A stretch of 64,000 bases of DNA from Squalus acanthias (taxonomy: Eukaryota): positions 64,170,001 through 64,234,000 of the forward strand of contig CM059429.1 in the NCBI GenBank assembly GCA_030390025.1, in the 5' to 3' direction. The notes under the pieces were generated by a model. That model searched no databases, was not told the DNA's origin, and saw only the letters and a list, made by a program, of their open reading frames with translations. A program made the translations under genes and the position numbers. The number at the start of each line of letters is the position of its first letter. Position 1 is the stretch's first letter. Below are positions 1-64,000 of the stretch, in pieces.

Positions 1-190
1 AATTAAAAATTAGGAAGTTACAAGTGAAGTGGGTAATCGGGTAGAGTTTTTTGGCACTACAATAATGTGTGGCAAATAGATGTGTTTCTAAAAAGAGAAG
101 CGATTGAGAAAGTGGTTAAGTGGTATTGAGATTAATCAAAATGATGGATTTATTGAACCTAATGGCCTTCTCCATTTGAAATTCTCATGT
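1..190 (+). mobile_element. Highly decayed CR1 3' end fragment
   Basis: Resembles a CR1 ORF2 end and 3'UTR (atagatgtgtttcta...gaacctaatggccttctcc). Confidence 0.35.
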
Positions 191-551
191 CTTTATAACC
201 TGGTCAGCAACATAACAGTACAAAATTTGTACAACCCCAATGTACTCTGATTTAAATACAATGGAGCCCCATTAAAATGATGAGTGTTCGAAGTTTATAC
301 TAAAAATATTCATAATCGGTCTGTGATTTTTGTACTGTCATGTCAAAGTTTGTAGTCCATAATAAGGCTTTAGTATTTTCTTACTGAGTAATGTGACTTT
401 AATAATTAAAAAACATAAATGTGTAAGTACTCTTGGTCTGCAGCTGCAGTATTTTATGTCAATGAAAATTTCCTTGGTATCCGATTCACCAAACATATGA
501 CTTTATCTCGCCTTTGATGACAACAGAGCAAATATTGTTGCTAAATATAGG

Positions 552-3214
552 GAACAGAACATAGAAACATGGAAAATAGGAGCAGGAGTAGGTCCTTCGA
601 GCCTGCTCCGCCATTCAATATGATCATGACTGATCCTCTATCTCAATACCATAGTCCCGCTCTCTCCCCATACCCCTTGATGCCTTTTGTGTCTCGAAAT
701 CTATCTATCTCCTTCTTAAATATATTCAGTGACTTGGCCTCCACAGCCTTCTGTGGTAGAGAATTCCACAGGTTCACCACCCTCTGAGTGAAGAAATTTC
801 TCCTCATCTCAGTCCTAAATGTCCTACCCCGTATCCTGAGACTGTGACCCCTCGTTCTAGACCCCCCAGCCAGGGGAAACATCCTCCCTGCATCCAGTCT
901 GTCTAGCCCTGTCAGAATTTTATACGTTTCAATGAGATCCCCTCTCATTCTTCTAAATTCTAGTGAATACAAGCCAGTCGACCCAATCTCTCCTCATACG
1001 ACAGTCCTGCCATCCCAGGAATCAGTCTGGTGAACCTTCACTGCACTCCCTTTATGGCAAGTATATCCTTTCTTAGGTAAGGAGACCAAAACTGCACACA
1101 GTACTCCAGGTGTGGTCTCACCAAGGCCCTGTATAACTGTAGTAAGACATTCTTGCTCCTGTACTCAAATCCTCTTGCAATGAAGGCCAACATACCATTT
1201 GCCTTCCTAACTGCTTGCTGCACCTGCATGTTTGCTTTCAGTGACTGGTGTACAAGGACACCCAGGTCCCTCTGTACATCAACATTTCCCAATCTATCAC
1301 CATTTAAATGATACTCTGCCTTTCTGTTTTTCCTACCGAAGTGGATAACTTCACATTTATCCATGTTCTACTGCGTCTGCCATGTGTTTGCCCACTCACT
1401 CAACTTGTCTAAATCGCCTTGAAGCCTCTGCATCCTCCTCACAACTCACAATCCCACCTAGTTTCGTGTCGTCAGCAAACTTGGAAATATTACATTTGGT
1501 TCCCTTATCCAAATCATTGATACATATTGTGAATAACTGGGGCCCAAGCACTGATCCCTGCGGTACCCCACTAATCACCGCCTGCCACCCCGAAAAAGAC
1601 CCATTTATTCCTACTCTCTGTTTCCTGTCTGTTAACCAATTTTCAATCCATGCCAGTATATTACCCCCAATCCCATGTGCTTTAATTTTGCACGCTAACC
1701 TCTTATGTGGGACTTTATCAAAGGCTGAAAATCCAAATACACCACATCCACTGGTTCTCGCTTATCGATTCTGCCAGTTACATCCTCAAAACTCCAGTAG
1801 GTTTGTCAAACATGATTTCCCTTTCATAAATCCATGTTGACTTTGTCTAATCCTGCTGATATTTTCTAAGTGTCCTGTTATCACATCCTTTATAATAGAC
1901 TCTAGCATTTTCCCTATTACTGATGTTAGGCTAACCGGTCTGTAGTTCCCTGTTTTCTCACCCTCCTTTTTTAAATAGTGGGGTTACATTTGCCACCCTC
2001 CAATCTGCAGGAACTGTTCCATAATCTATAGAATTTTGGAAGATGACAACCAATGCATCCACTATTTCCATGGCTACCTCTTTTAGTACTCTGGGATGCA
2101 GATTATCAGGCCCTGGGGATTTATCAGCTTTCAGTCCCATTAATTTCTCCAGCACTATTTTTTTACTAATACTAATTTCCTTTAATTCCTCCTTCTCACT
2201 AAACCCTTGGTTCCCTAGCATTTCTGGGAAGTTATTTGTGTCCTCTTCCGTGAAGACAGAACCAAAGTATTTGTTTAATTGCTCTGCCATTTCCTTGTTC
2301 CCCATTATAAATTCTCCCATTTCTGACTGTAAAGGACCTATATTTGTCTTCACTAATCTTTTTCTTTTCACATACTTGTAGAAGCTTTTACAGCTTTTAT
2401 GTTCCTTGCAAGTTTACTCTCATACTGTATTTTCCCCCTCTTAATCCAATCTCTTGGTCCTTTTTTGCTGAACTCTAAACTGCTCCCTATCCTCAGGCTT
2501 GCTACTTTTTCTGGCAACTTTATATGACTCCTCTTTGGATCTAATACTATCCTTAATTTCTTTTGTTAGCCATGGTTGGGCCGCTTTTCCTTTTGTGTTT
2601 TTGCGCCAGAAAGCAATGTATAACTGTTGCAATTCATGCATTCGTTCCTTAAATGTTAGCCATTGCCTATCCGCCGTCATGCCTTTTAATGAAGCTCCCC
2701 AATCTATCATAGCTAACTCACTCCTCATACCTTCGTAGTTTCCTTTGTTTAGATTTAGGACCCTATTCTCAGATTGGACTTCAGCACTTTCCATCTTAAT
2801 CAAGAATTCTATCATGTTATGGTCACTCTTCCCTAAAGGACCCAGCACAACAAGATTATTAATTAACCCCTTCTATTTACACAATACCCAATCTAGGATA
2901 GCCTGTTCCCTAGTTGGCTCCTCAACGTACTGGTGTAAAAAACCATCCTGTACACACTCCAGGAATTCATCCTCCACAGTATTATTGCTAATTTGGTTTG
3001 GCCAGTCGAAATGTAGATTAAAGTCACCCATGATTACTGTAGTACCCTTGTTACATGCATCTCTAATTTCCTGTTTGATGCCATCCCCTACATTACCACT
3101 ACTGTTTGGAGGCCTATAGACAACTCCCACCTTGTTTTCTACCCCTTGGTGCTTCTTAGCTCCACCCAGACTGATTCTACTTCTTGATTTTCTGAGCCAA
3201 TACCCATTCTCACT
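552..3214 (-). mobile_element. CR1 LINE, 5'-truncated, frameshifted ORF2 (APE endonuclease C-terminus + RT)
   Basis: Minus-strand peptides GVVYRPPNS, IMGDFN, PLGKSDHNMI, KSPGPDNLHPRVLKE, SGVPQGSVLGP, KFADDTKL, RPHLEYCVQFWSP, FFTQRVVNLWNSLP; (TTCTATGT)-like tail near 555-570. Confidence 0.93.
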
Positions 3215-4489
3215 AAAACAATGTGTTGAAATATTTTAAATAATCTACTGATTCTATTTTACTGCTATTGGAGAAATAATTTACGACCAATGGGTGTAAA
3301 TTTAAAGATTTTTTAATGATTTATTATAAAATAGTTTCAAAGATAGATTGTCATTTGATAAAATGTGTGAATATTGAAATTTAATTCTGGCAAAAAAAAC
3401 TTGTATTGCGAAACTTGGCATAAGTCTCTGTTTTTAACTATGTTTTGTTAATTTTGAATTAGACTTTTTTTTTGCAAAGAAGTGATAGATCATAAAAGTC
3501 TCAGTGATCTTCCAAAGGTGATGTAATGTTGCTTGCCAATTACTTAGTAGAGATGTATAACTCCAGATAATTGCCTTTTTATCAAATTGAAAAAGAGTTT
3601 TTAACCACCTCATGCTGAGAAAATACATTAAATTTGATAATTCTGTAGTCACAATTGAAGTATATGTAGCCACCTGTACTTCTCCGACTTACTTAAGCGC
3701 ATTAAATGCTTCCTCAGTATTTAAGCCCTGGAGAAATCTTTCATGGGGTGAACTATCCAAAGACTAGGTTTTGTTTGATTTCCTCCAAAAACATCTGTTT
3801 TGATTTAGCAGCCCACTTGGAATTTGTTTTACAGTTTTTGTATTAAAAAGCCAGACCAGTTATTTAAATTAAACCAAAATCTAGATGAAAGGTTTTAGAA
3901 GTGGTGGTTGTTTGCCTACATAAATTGCTGCAGTTTAAATGTAATAAGGTGCCGTACAAGTGCAAGTTTTTTTATTTTATGTTTTTTGTGTTTGCCTGCA
4001 CTTCAAGTATACAAACTGTAGTCTATAGTTTAATTTTGCAGTCACCTCTGAAGAAAGTAGATTATTTCTAACATTTATTTTTAGTGTTTAATATGGCGTT
4101 TCTATGTACAAGAGATGTGTTGGCTTCTGTAGCAATACTCCATGTCCTATTATCTTAAATAGAAGTGATCTGTATCCTCAGTTTATTGACTTCAATATAG
4201 AAAAGCATCTCTGCATTCGCATTGTAGATCTTGTGTGATAAGAGTTTTAGTGCTTATAATTTGCCTCACAAAAGTTATGCCATTTTTCATGTATAGTGAT
4301 GTGATCTGAATAAATCAAAGCCATTAATGATTATAGTATGCTTTTTTCTTTTTTCTGCTAACCTTCTCCATTCCTCCTCTCCTGAATACATTGGCTTCTT
4401 GTAGAGTAATGTTCCATGGCCATCAGACGTCGATATTTCACCATTCTTTACCTCTGAGCCTAGACAGTAATTAAAAATTGGTAGGCTAT

Positions 4490-4680
4490 TCAATTGTGGG
4501 GGCATCAAAACTAAGCCCAGTCTGTTCACATCCAATATCCTTATTTACACTTCCTAGGTAATGAAGTGGGAACCTTAGCTGATTATGTTTTCCCCCTCCC
4601 TAACCTGGAGCGCTATGGCCAGTTGTGGAGCACCTACTACCACATGATTTAGATCAGCTAACTCCGTACAGGCTGATCTT
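4490..4680 (-). mobile_element. Decayed tRNA-headed SINE fragment (same family as 49950 and 54280)
   Basis: Shares the gatcagctaactc motif and a gaaccttagctgatt...ccctccctaacc segment. Confidence 0.4.
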
Positions 4681-5467
4681 GACATTTCCTAGTTGCAATT
4701 CTTTTTACTGATCGTATTTTTATTACTATATTACTTTCTAGGAACATTGAATATCAGGAGTTTAATGGAAAAGGAAGGCAGGAGAGGGAACCTCAGTTTC
4801 CGTTGGCAATGACGTGGGATGGGTGCCTCTCTAGTTTTATTGCTGTAGCAGGAATAAGGAATGTTGATTTGTAGCCCTTTCTCAATCTCCCTAAATAACT
4901 GAAAACTAAAAACTAAAGGAAGTTCTGCAGTTTCCTCCCCTAACTGTACAGTTAAGTAAAATGTTTATTTAAATTTTGTCTATTTTCTGTTCTTGAAGGA
5001 TGGCAGTAAATGTGAAAGTTTGTTTTTAAAAGTAATATGACTTCCCAGACTGGATACTACAACTGGATTTCCAGTGCACAGATTGTAAAGACAGATGTGC
5101 CTAAAGTGGATTCATTGCATCGTCTACAATCTTTCTCAAGATCATTGTTTGGCGTATTGCATTCAAGATGTTGATCATCTATATTGCATAATGCTGGCTT
5201 TCAGTGATAACACTTCAATGTTAACTCAATGCTTTGGTGCTGCGCAGTACTTTGATTACTTAGGTGGCAAGCTTTTTAAAAACTAAACTAGTAAAATGGA
5301 GGTTTTATTTGGTATATTTATTTATAGTTTAGTGGATGCTGTACAGTTTCGGAATATCTTAAATACTAGCTTCCTACTTCAATATATAAGATAAAGTTGT
5401 GTTATTGGCTACAAGATTTTAGTTCCTCTTGATACTGGGGTTTTTCTAACTAAATCATACCATTGTT

Positions 5468-5579
5468 AACAACAACTACTACATGCATTTATATAGTGCC
5501 TTTAACATAGAAAAATATCCCACTGTGCTTCACAGGATGCCGAGCCAAAGAAAGAGATATTAGGATGGGTAACTAAAAG
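5468..5579 (-). mobile_element. L2 3' tail fragment
   Basis: aacaacaac...gcatttatatagtgcctttaaca is the reverse complement of the L2 tail seen at 40440-40500. Confidence 0.7.
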
Positions 5580-6271
5580 TAAAGTGGATAATCAATGTTA
5601 TGATTTTTCTTCGTAGATCTTCAAGAATTCAAAGCAGTTTTATTTCTGTTGAAAATGTGCAGGAAAATATCCATTGATTTAGCTTGTAATAAAAAGAATT
5701 CAGTGCTGTCTTGCCTTTTCTGTCCTCTGAGCGTATTGGTAACAGGGTGGGGGATGGGTGTTGCTACTCTTTCCGCTAGATGTGTAGCAAGATTGGCTGC
5801 AGTTTACAGCTGTGTTGTCGGGCTTGTCAGATAGGAAACAATCAGCTGAGGATTTCTGTTGTCCAGGGAGCATGCAAGAATGCCAAAAAAAATACTGAGC
5901 TAAGCACAACAGTACATAATGGCATCTGTCAATTTTCCAAGTCAGATTAAAGCTAGTCTAGCAGGAAACCATGGCTAAAGCTGTAGGTTAAGAAATGCTG
6001 GCTTGTAAGGTTCTGAATTAAGAAATGTTCTTTTGTTGAGTTGTAATGCCTATTGTAGTTCTGACTCGAATGTTGATGATCTGTGAATGAGATTGTTCAT
6101 ATTATCCAGCAGAACCCTCTGCTGGTAACATGCTGCACACAGTGTGCCTGAGAAACAATATGCATACCACTCTAAGTTACAGAAATTAGAGGCTGCAGGC
6201 TGTAGCTTCACAACATTAGAGTTCAGCACAGCTGTTAGATCTAGGCTAACCTTATACCAGCTTATCTGCAA

Positions 6272-6290
6272 TGCAGCCATCTAGTGGCAG
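6272..6290 (-). promoter_or_regulatory. CTCF core motif
   Basis: Minus strand ctgCCACTAGATGGCtgca matches the CCASYAGRKGGC core. Confidence 0.55.
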
Positions 6291-7944
6291 GCTAATAAGT
6301 GATTTAATTTGTATTTTTTTAATAGAGCTGTATAGAATCAGGTATATGTTGAAGGAGTTTAAAGATGAAATGGTTTTCTTAAAAAATATTAAAATGATAG
6401 TGACTGCTGGGTTTGTTAACAGCTGTTAATAAGTTGTGTAGAAATGAAACTCTAATCTAGCAGTAAATTTATTTTGTATTTTTGCCCCCTGCTGTTAACT
6501 AGCTAGTTAAAATTTTAATATTTTTTTGTGGTTCTGGTTGTGTCGTAAGTAGAAGAGACAAAACAAATCAGACTGTGAATATCCTTTTTGTTACATTTAG
6601 AATAGTTGAAATATTTGAGTTTAATTTTAGAAGAAAGTAACTGAGGGGTTAATGCTTTTATCATTTTAAGCTTGTGGATAATACTGCCCCTGGTGGCGAT
6701 ATGAAAGTGCAAGCTAAATCGGGGTGAGGGAGAGGCCACACCACAAGATCAGTTTGCAACTTCTTCCTAATTTGAATAGCATTTGAATAGCTTCACTCCT
6801 TGCTTTTGTTAAAGAATACTTGTAAAAGTTATATTTGTGGATGGAACATGTAATGTAAAAGCTGTTTTTTTTAAAAAGCTGTAAAAACACAATTTTATGA
6901 AAATGTTTCTCAATTTATCTTTTTAATCAACAATGTGATTTATTTCAAGTGGTTTAGAAAAAGCCACATTACATTATATGCATCTTGCAAAAGAGTTTGA
7001 CTCTACCTTTTGTAATCATACTGTACCAAAACATGATGCTTTGTCAAAATAAAATGTATTACTGTAGATGTAAACATACAGAATTGAGACAAATGTTAGT
7101 GTGCAATACAGAAGTATTCCTGTGGGTGTCTCTTTTCCCTAGTGATTTCATAAAACTAAGCAACAGTGGATTGCAAACTATAGAGTGGACAAAGCATGCG
7201 AGAGACTTTTTTTCTCAGTTATGCCTATTTCCAACCTACATTTGTAATAAAAATGTGCTGAACTTCAAAAAATAAATAAAAGCTATTTAAGAAAACTTAA
7301 ATATATAAGGAATCAAAGTTAAGGGAAGGCTGTGGTCCAATTCATTTGTGATAACTTCTTTTGGAAAGCTGAATTTTATTCTTGATCAAATTCAACTTTT
7401 AATACGGTCATGTATATTTCTGCTAATAGGTGTTGGCTTTTGCAAAAAGTGTGGAACAGTCATATTTTAATCAGTAAAATCTAAGTTTAATCAACTCTTT
7501 CAAAGAAATTACAAGTAGACAAAAATGTGAAGACGTTTTAAACTTTGAGAGATTTCTGTTTCATCTCATTTTATTATATATAGTTAATTGTTATGGGGGG
7601 GTTGTGTTTTCAGTATTTTGATTATGAACTATGAAGAACAGCAGAATATTAATTATTACAAGTATTTCAGTTGTAATCTGTGGTGGTCAGAAATGAAACT
7701 TTGATCTGCGTAAAAGCAATTATAAACGAGGTAGAATTGGGACAGGTTTGGGTGAACAGCAGTAGGCCACCTCTGCAAAGGTTCCAAAATGTGGTACTGT
7801 AGCTTGAAGTAAATAACTTGCAGAAAATGTCATTTATTGTGAGAAATTTGTGAATTGTAAAAAATAATGCATTGTATTATCTCTCTCTTCTTAAAAGACA
7901 GTTTGGGTATGCTTTTCTAACACCGCAATCACTTTTCATTTTAG

Positions 7945-8100
7945 AATTTGCCCAAATATGTCTTTCATAAAGACTAATCAAGAAAAGGGAGAAGAAAACA
8001 CTTTTCACATAATCAAGTTAATTGAAAGATTACCTAAAAACAAAAGGAGGAAATTGCAGGATTCCAGCCCAGATTTGTGGACGGCAACGGTGCTGAAGAG
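7945..8100 (+). other. STAG1: 5'UTR part of first coding exon (exon 2)
   Basis: Candidate acceptor acttttcattttAG ends at 7944. The exon start is inferred, with no transcript evidence. Confidence 0.55.

Positions 8101-8104
<4 letters not shown>
7958..8104 (+). other. Upstream ORF (48 aa) whose TGA overlaps the STAG1 ATG
   Basis: ATG 7958 stays open to TGA 8102-8104 (ATGA overlap): MSFIKTNQEKGEENTFHIIKLIERLPKNKRRKLQDSSPDLWTATVLKR*. Confidence 0.5.
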
Positions 8105-59251
<51,147 letters not shown>

Positions 59252-61412
59252 GAGACTGCTGGAAGTTTTATATTTTTAAGAACTCCATCGTCTAAAGAGA
59301 ATCCAAGATCTAAATACTGTGACAGCAACTTTTAAACTAAATTTTACATATTCAAGATCTGATTTATTTTTTATCAAAGGATAAACTTGATGAAGATTTG
59401 ATTATGATAAATGGGGAAGCCTGAAGGAGGAAGCACTATAATGGTCTGTTACTGAGACAGATTATTCTTATGGACCGAAAAACGTGGCATCTTCTTGGGA
59501 AGAATTACCCCCTCCCCCTAAAATTGATCTGACACACAGACTGTACCACTGCTGAGGAGTGCTAACAGTAGGATTTTAAAAAAATATTATATATATCAAC
59601 CAGGAATAAATTGTATTAAAATCATGAAGGCATATTTAAAAAGATAGGGTGGCACACACAGCAGATGACACCAAAAGTACAGATTAGTTCCCTATGAGTT
59701 TTTGTAATTTTTTTCTGCTGTACAGTTTAATATAAAGAAGAACTTTTGAGATCAGCAGTTTATGTTATGTTTTTTAATTCAAGCTTATAAATTTTTCAGA
59801 AGGCAGCGATGCTGAAAAACTAGGTTAGGAGCAAGGCAATTTTCTCACACTGGAGTTTGGTTTCTTTGTGGTACGCATTTATTTTATTGAGGGGGTGGGG
59901 TGGGTAACTGGAAATCAATTGCAAAAACTTATATACAGTATGTGTATAAATGGGTAGTAGGTTCTGCGGGGGCTTTTTAGAAATGTGAAATATTGCTGCC
60001 GCAAATCACAGGTAACAGTAATCCAGAGGTTTCCTTTCTTTTTATTACTAAGGTCTTATACATACGTCTACAGCAAGCTACTTACTTCCTTTCATAATAA
60101 AAGCTGCCTTATTTACTGTGAAGACTACTCATTAGCTGCTTTAAGTTTGACTTCAGCAGAGAGTTGAGATGTACACTCTTATCATAGTCCTGTGCATTTT
60201 GCTTTTAGTTTTAATGCTCAGAACCCAACAGGTGAAATTTAGAAGCTTGGGATAGCTTCCTAAAATTCAGTTGGTTGAGAGGTGTTCCTTATTAGACGAC
60301 ACTTCACAATACAGTACATTTTATTTGAAAAAAGGTTGTATAAATCAATGCTGTACACTCCCAGAAGTGTAAAAATTAGGTCGAGAGCACATTTCACAGT
60401 TAAATTTTGGTGCGCAGTTGCCCTTGATTCCAGATTTACTGTATACAGTAGTAAGGAATGCCCACTTTTTGACTTTCACAATTGTCTAAATGTACTTTTA
60501 CAGATAATGTTAATTTTATACAGAACAGAGTTCAGTAATTGACTAAATGGAGGATTAGCCCAATGTGCTAGAATGTGTGTTCCATCTGTCTTGCTTCTGA
60601 TTAGTTACCTGCAGAATTGAAATGTTCTTTTAATGCCATTTTTTTCCCATCTAATCATATATTTAAGGTAATATCAGAAACAAATTAATTTCATAAACTA
60701 CAATTTTAACATTTTAACCATCTTAATTTAGCTGTTCAATGGACAGTTTCCAATGTAGAAATTGACAATTTGACACCTGAAATTTCACAAAACAAAAACT
60801 AATCAAAAAATGTTGCGTGAAATTGTTCGCAGAAAATATTTGAAAGCTACTGTAATAAATGGAAATAATATTGCATTATAAATTTTAACTTTTGCTCACA
60901 TTTTCAAAGTAGTTATAACTTTAGATTTTAAATTCTAAGGTCATACGAGTCATTTACTTAGATGAACAGAAAATCTGATTTTAAAGGTCTTGACTTTTTG
61001 GTAGTGCGAGTAAGCAGTTGTGAAAATATGCGATATTGGTTAGTTTTGTACAATTTTCAGACTAAATTGTCAATGATCTGAAAATAGTTCTGTGGATTGA
61101 GTGGCGCGACGATAGGTACTGCATGGTTAGAACCATCTCTGCATCAACTTACGCTGTGCAGTCAACTATTTAAATCTGAATTCTTCGGCAGTATTGTAGC
61201 AGAATGTGAAACGATGGTTTCATGTCTGGGTACCTCCACGCTGGGCTTGAAATTGAGTTTGAAGTTAATAAGTTTTATATTTTGAGTGTTACCTTGATCG
61301 GTTTTACTAGTAATACTGTAAATTGTACATTTTCAGTATAAAATTTCTTTTTGTACATTTTAAAGCTGATGCTTCACCTTTCCTTTAATAAACTGTTTGA
61401 AAGAATTGGTTG
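59252..61412 (+). other. STAG1: STAG1 3'UTR (inferred, ~2.1 kb, no recognisable TE)
   Basis: AT-rich sequence after the stop, ending at a probable distal poly(A) signal. Confidence 0.55.
61387..61392 (+). terminator. Probable distal polyadenylation signal AATAAA
   Basis: Preceded by three TGTA (CFIm-type) motifs at 61317, 61324 and 61352. Other AATAAA hexamers occur at 59605, 60096 and 60854. Confidence 0.55.
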
Positions 61413-61757
61413 CATACCTTCTATGTTCTTTAAAACTGAAATATCTTTATATAGATTGATTCCTGGCTGCTAATAATGGGTTCTTTAAACCGATAATTTG
61501 ATTCACCATTTTGAACCTCAGAGTTATCGAAGGCCCTAGCTTCTTGTGAGTACAATATAAATTGATCACCCATTTTTTTTTATAACAGTGGATAGGAGAG
61601 TATTGCACAAGATTATCCACCCTTTAAAAAAAAATGAGCCTTAGCACTACAATGCTTGTTAATGGGTGAATGAACATTGGCAATGCAGCTTCCATTTTTA
61701 AAGTAGTTTTCATTACACAAGACATAAGGAGAAAGACTAAATCTATAATTATAAATG

Positions 61758-62706
61758 GCTTCTGTTCCAGCTCCCGCACCGTTACCTCGGGAGACCCCCC
61801 AAGGATCTACCTTGGCCCCCTCCTATTTTACAACTACACTGTCTCTAATTTGTCATGCTTGTCTGACTAGATGAGCAGAAATTTCCTCCAACTAAATATT
61901 GGGAAGACCATAGCCATTGTCTTCGGTCCCTGCCACAAACTCTGTTCTCTGGCCAGCGACTCCATCCCTCTCCCTGGCAACTGTTTAAGGCTGAGCCAGA
62001 CCATTCGCAACCTTGGTGGCTTAGTTGACACCGAGATGAGCTTCCGACCACATATCTGCTCCTTCACCAAGTCCGCCTACTTCCACCTCTGTAACATCGC
62101 CTGACTCCGCCCCTGCCACGGCTCATCTGCTGCTGAAACCCTCATTCATGCCTTTGTTACCTCTAGACTTGACTATTCCAACGCTCTCCTGGCCGGCCTC
62201 CCATCTTCCACCCTATATAAACTTGAGCTCTTCCAAAACTCAACTGCCCGTCTCCTAACTCGCACCAAGTCCCGTTCACCCATCACCCCTGTGCTCGCTA
62301 ACCTACGTTGGCTCCCAGTCCAGCAACACCTCAATTTTAAAATTCACATTCTTGTTTTCAAATCCTCTTCCCTATTTCTGTAACCTCCTCCAGCCTTACA
62401 AGCCTTTGAGATCTCTGCGCTCTTCCAATTCTGGCCTCTTGTGCATCCTGGATTGTAATCGCTCCACAATTGATGGCCGTGCCTTCGGCTGCCAAGGCCC
62501 TAAGCTCTGGAATTCCCTCCCTAAACCTCTGCCTCTCTATCTCTCCTTTAAGTCGCTCCTTAAAACCTACTTCTTTGACCAAGCTTTTGGTCATCTGTTC
62601 TAATATCTCCTTATGTGGCTTGGTGCCAAACTTTTGTCTGATGATTGCTCCTGTGAAGCGCCTTGGGATGTTTTACTACGTTGAAGGCGTTATATAAATG
62701 CAAGTT
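61758..62706 (+). mobile_element. L2 LINE 3' fragment (RT C-terminus + tail)
   Basis: MSRNFLQLNIGKTIAIVFG, RNLGGLVDTEMSFRPHI, KLWNSLP, tail ttatataaatgcaagttg. Confidence 0.88.
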
Positions 62707-62984
62707 GATTTGCTGCAGCTGTTAAATATTCCAGTCACTTTAAACCTACAGATTGCTTAATTTGGAAATCCCGATTACATGTTATTTGTGCAAATTGAAA
62801 ATAGATATTAAAGTACTTCAGTTAATATCAAGTAAATCTTTCAATACCTTTGTGTCAGAACTGAATTTAAACTTCTAAAGTTCAATTTTATCAAATTTAC
62901 AGAAGATATGACTTTTAAAAATAAAAATCACTTTGCCTAATTTAACATGATTCATACCATGCGTGTGGGCTGGCCTTTAATACA

Positions 62985-63230
62985 AACATATGTAAAAGGA
63001 CAGAAAAAGACCAGCTGATCCATCAAGCCTGTCCCAACCCAATATGGTACAAGCTACACACACCATCAACCCCATTCCCCCAACCCAGTCATAATCTTTT
63101 GGGAGAGGCAAACAAAAAATAACACAGAAAAAAATCTTAGGGCAATTTAGGAAAAGAGTCAGGAAATTCCTCTCCAACCCCTTAAGACAATCATGTAAAC
63201 GCCAGGAGACCAAGGTGACTGATATCACTA
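62985..63230 (-). mobile_element. CR1-type 3' end fragment
   Basis: catatgtaaaaggacagaaaaagaccagctgatccatcaagcctgtccc, typical of a CR1 3' hairpin region. Confidence 0.5.
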
Positions 63231-64000
63231 AGTAACCATTGGAATGAAATTTTAGTTATATTCTGGCAACCAACATCTGACTTCAATTATTCTTTTATTT
63301 ATAAAATCTTCAGTAAAATATTTCCAGAATAAGTAGAATTTCAACAAGCAGGTTTTTAATTTCAGAATTACACAACCGATCAGATGGATACAACTCAGAA
63401 AATAGATATGGCAGGTAAGTGACACTCAGATTTACCTGAAAATGACTTGTGTGTTATTAATTATGACATCCTTTACATATCTAAAGTTATTTAGGGAAAA
63501 CAGCAAGGTTCAGTAGTTGACTCACTTGCTGGATGTGCTTTATACCTCCTGGGAGCCAGTAGCTGTGGTGTTTTGAAGTAGTGTGCATTACGCAGCTGTA
63601 AATCCTTATTATGTGTGGGAAAGAAAGTGAAAGCAGTCAGGGGTTAGAGTTGAAAAAGACAAAAGGAATCGTAATGAAGTTTTTTAAAACAAAAAACTTG
63701 GTAACAGCCACAAATAGAACAACTAGGAATGAGTGCTCAGAAGAAACTGTACTGAGGCTAGAAAAGAGAGATGGCAGTATTCCTATTATGTCAAGCAAGT
63801 TGTTTTTTCAATGTTACTGTCAGTGTGGATAAATTTCACTTAACAGTAATAGCACAGAAATTTATTAAAAAGAAATGAGTGAATTTGTTGAGTTAAATGT
63901 ACTGTATCTCCTCCCCACCCCTCCCATCAGTCTGATGTAAGTGGAATTGAATTGTAAAAATTACAGCACTGAGGGAAGCCATTCGGCCCATTGTGCCTGT

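Noticed and set aside
552-3214. RT and endonuclease ORFs as a novel retron-like or defence system
   Set aside because: Standard fragmented CR1 ORF2 with frameshifts in a vertebrate intron; no partner genes.
3434-7275. Short 60-100 aa ORFs in intron 1 and similar ORFs elsewhere
   Set aside because: No recognisable domains, many start at non-ATG codons, and lengths are as expected by chance.
59658-59671. CTCF-like ACAGCAGATGACAC in the 3'UTR (also a weak match at ~12110-12124)
   Set aside because: Two mismatches at informative core positions.

Overview
Vertebrate genomic DNA, most likely a shark or other elasmobranch, judged from an HE1/V-SINE-like element, a SacSINE1/DeuSINE-like element and abundant CR1, L2 and Penelope remnants. 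The window holds the whole coding region of one + strand gene, STAG1 (cohesin subunit SA-1). It has 33 coding exons from ATG 8101 to TGA 59251, all GT-AG, joining to a 3774-nt ORF (1257 aa; 1259 or 1255 aa with the other exon-32 acceptors). A ~2.1 kb 3'UTR follows. The promoter and first non-coding exon appear to lie upstream of the window. The introns carry decayed retroelements (CR1, L2, Penelope-like, tRNA-headed SINEs) and non-autonomous DNA transposons (Tc1/mariner-pogo type with TA TSD, PIF/Harbinger type with 3-bp TSD, one hAT). Almost all ORFs in the six-frame track are TE fragments, exon read-throughs or noise. I found no convincing new multi-gene system. The best leads are regulatory: a 48-codon uORF whose stop overlaps the STAG1 ATG, a triple in-frame tandem acceptor, CTCF-like sites, a long intronic hairpin, a 58-bp templated duplication, an LF-SINE-like element and several unusual TE structures. 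Exon numbering follows human STAG1 as recalled. All homology calls are from memory, not from searches.
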